Part shown: positions 62,887-64,000 of the stretch, in pieces
Layout: every line of letters begins with the position of its first letter
Position numbering within the stretch: position 1 is the first letter of the stretch
From: Chthoniobacterales bacterium
GTDB taxonomy: Bacteria; Verrucomicrobiota; Verrucomicrobiia; Chthoniobacterales; Chthoniobacteraceae
Assembly (NCBI GenBank): GCA_038207335.1
Contig: JBBQZX010000021.1
Location: 40,909 to 104,908 of the forward strand
Direction: 5' to 3'
Length of the DNA: 64,000 bases
Translations under genes and position numbers: made by a program
The notes under the pieces: model-generated
Told to the model about the DNA's origin: nothing
The model's database searches: none
The model's input: only the letters and a program-made list of their open reading frames with translations

Positions 62887-63128
62887 TTGACCGTTTTCGG
62901 GTCATCCCTATTCTCCGCCCCCCGCTGAAAAGTGGGTGTCGGCGAAAGCCGCCAGTCGCGAAACCTTCGAGAAAGAAATCGAACTTTGTGATTGACGGAA
63001 AATCGCGACTCGCTAATTTGCTCGCCCGCTAAAAGCGGGAGGGCAGCCAGCGAGAGACGCTGAGATGGAAAACGAGCCTCAAATTTTTTTGAGAAAAACG
63101 TTGACCGACTCGGAGTCGCCGCTAAAGT
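62887..63128 (+). promoter_or_regulatory. Three tandem sigma70-type rRNA promoters
   Basis: TTGACC-16-TATTCT (62887), TTGACG-16-TAATTT (62992), TTGACC-16-TAAAGT (63101), each with an A/T-rich upstream tract and GC-rich discriminator. Confidence 0.85.
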
Positions 63129-63285
63129 CCGCACCCCGCTGAAAAGCGGGCCTGCCGAAAAAGCAGGACTTGTTCTTCAGTCTGACCGTCCGAAAAGTGA
63201 GGATCGGCAACAATCGAATCGCCCGGCAAACGCCGCGGCGCACGAAAGTTCCTGATTCGAAAGTGAAGGGCTCAGACTAGGGCAT

Positions 63286-63297
63286 CGCTCTTTGAAA
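63286..63297 (+). promoter_or_regulatory. rrn antitermination boxA
   Basis: cGCTCTTTgAaA in the 16S leader. Confidence 0.75.
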
Positions 63298-63564
63298 GTT
63301 TGGTTTTGAATCTGTCGCAACAAATCGCAGGCCGCATCAAAAGTCGATGCCCCGCGAAATGGGCAAATTCAGAACGGTCTATAAAGTAAGCAAAAATTGA
63401 ATTGTGCGTTATACGTCAGGTCTTTGAATTCAAAACATTAATTGACTGGACAAACCCCACCACGCTTTCGAGCGGCGGTGGGCATGAACGGTCAGATTTA
63501 GCAGCGACCTTAGCAGTCGCTGCGCAAACTTTCGGCTCTGCGGTTTACCGTATCCGATCCGTTT

Positions 63565-64000
<436 letters not shown>

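Overview
A 64 kb, high-GC chromosomal segment from a Verrucomicrobiota bacterium, probably Chthoniobacterales/Spartobacteria-like. The phylum call rests on the EUB338-III target site in the 16S gene, PEP-CTERM proteins and a PVC-type heme-c protein; the finer placement is inference. Core genes are trpS, thrS, nnr, lepB, an MlaD-like gene, a PIN/TRAM gene and a PUR-repeat gene. The window also has a sigma54-preceded double Amt/P-II nitrogen cluster with a Na+/H+ antiporter, a sugar-catabolism operon, a DUF3142/TPR-like pair, many secreted or surface proteins, and the triple promoter, leader and 5' end of an rRNA operon. I found no CRISPR array, tRNA, integrase or transposase. The most notable observations are: (1) kb-scale G-versus-C synonymous-site skew domains that flip independently of coding strand, even inside single genes; (2) several distinct C-terminal tags on secreted proteins, including two non-PEP-CTERM types; (3) an unnamed ~180-aa module shared by two PEP-CTERM proteins; (4) a KTSC nucleic-acid-binding domain behind a twin-arginine signal; (5) a ~70-aa low-GC insert in ThrRS; (6) a head-on fusion of two truncated genes; and (7) several frameshifted or deleted accessory genes, which could be real decay or assembly error. 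All family assignments come from motif recognition by eye, not database searches.
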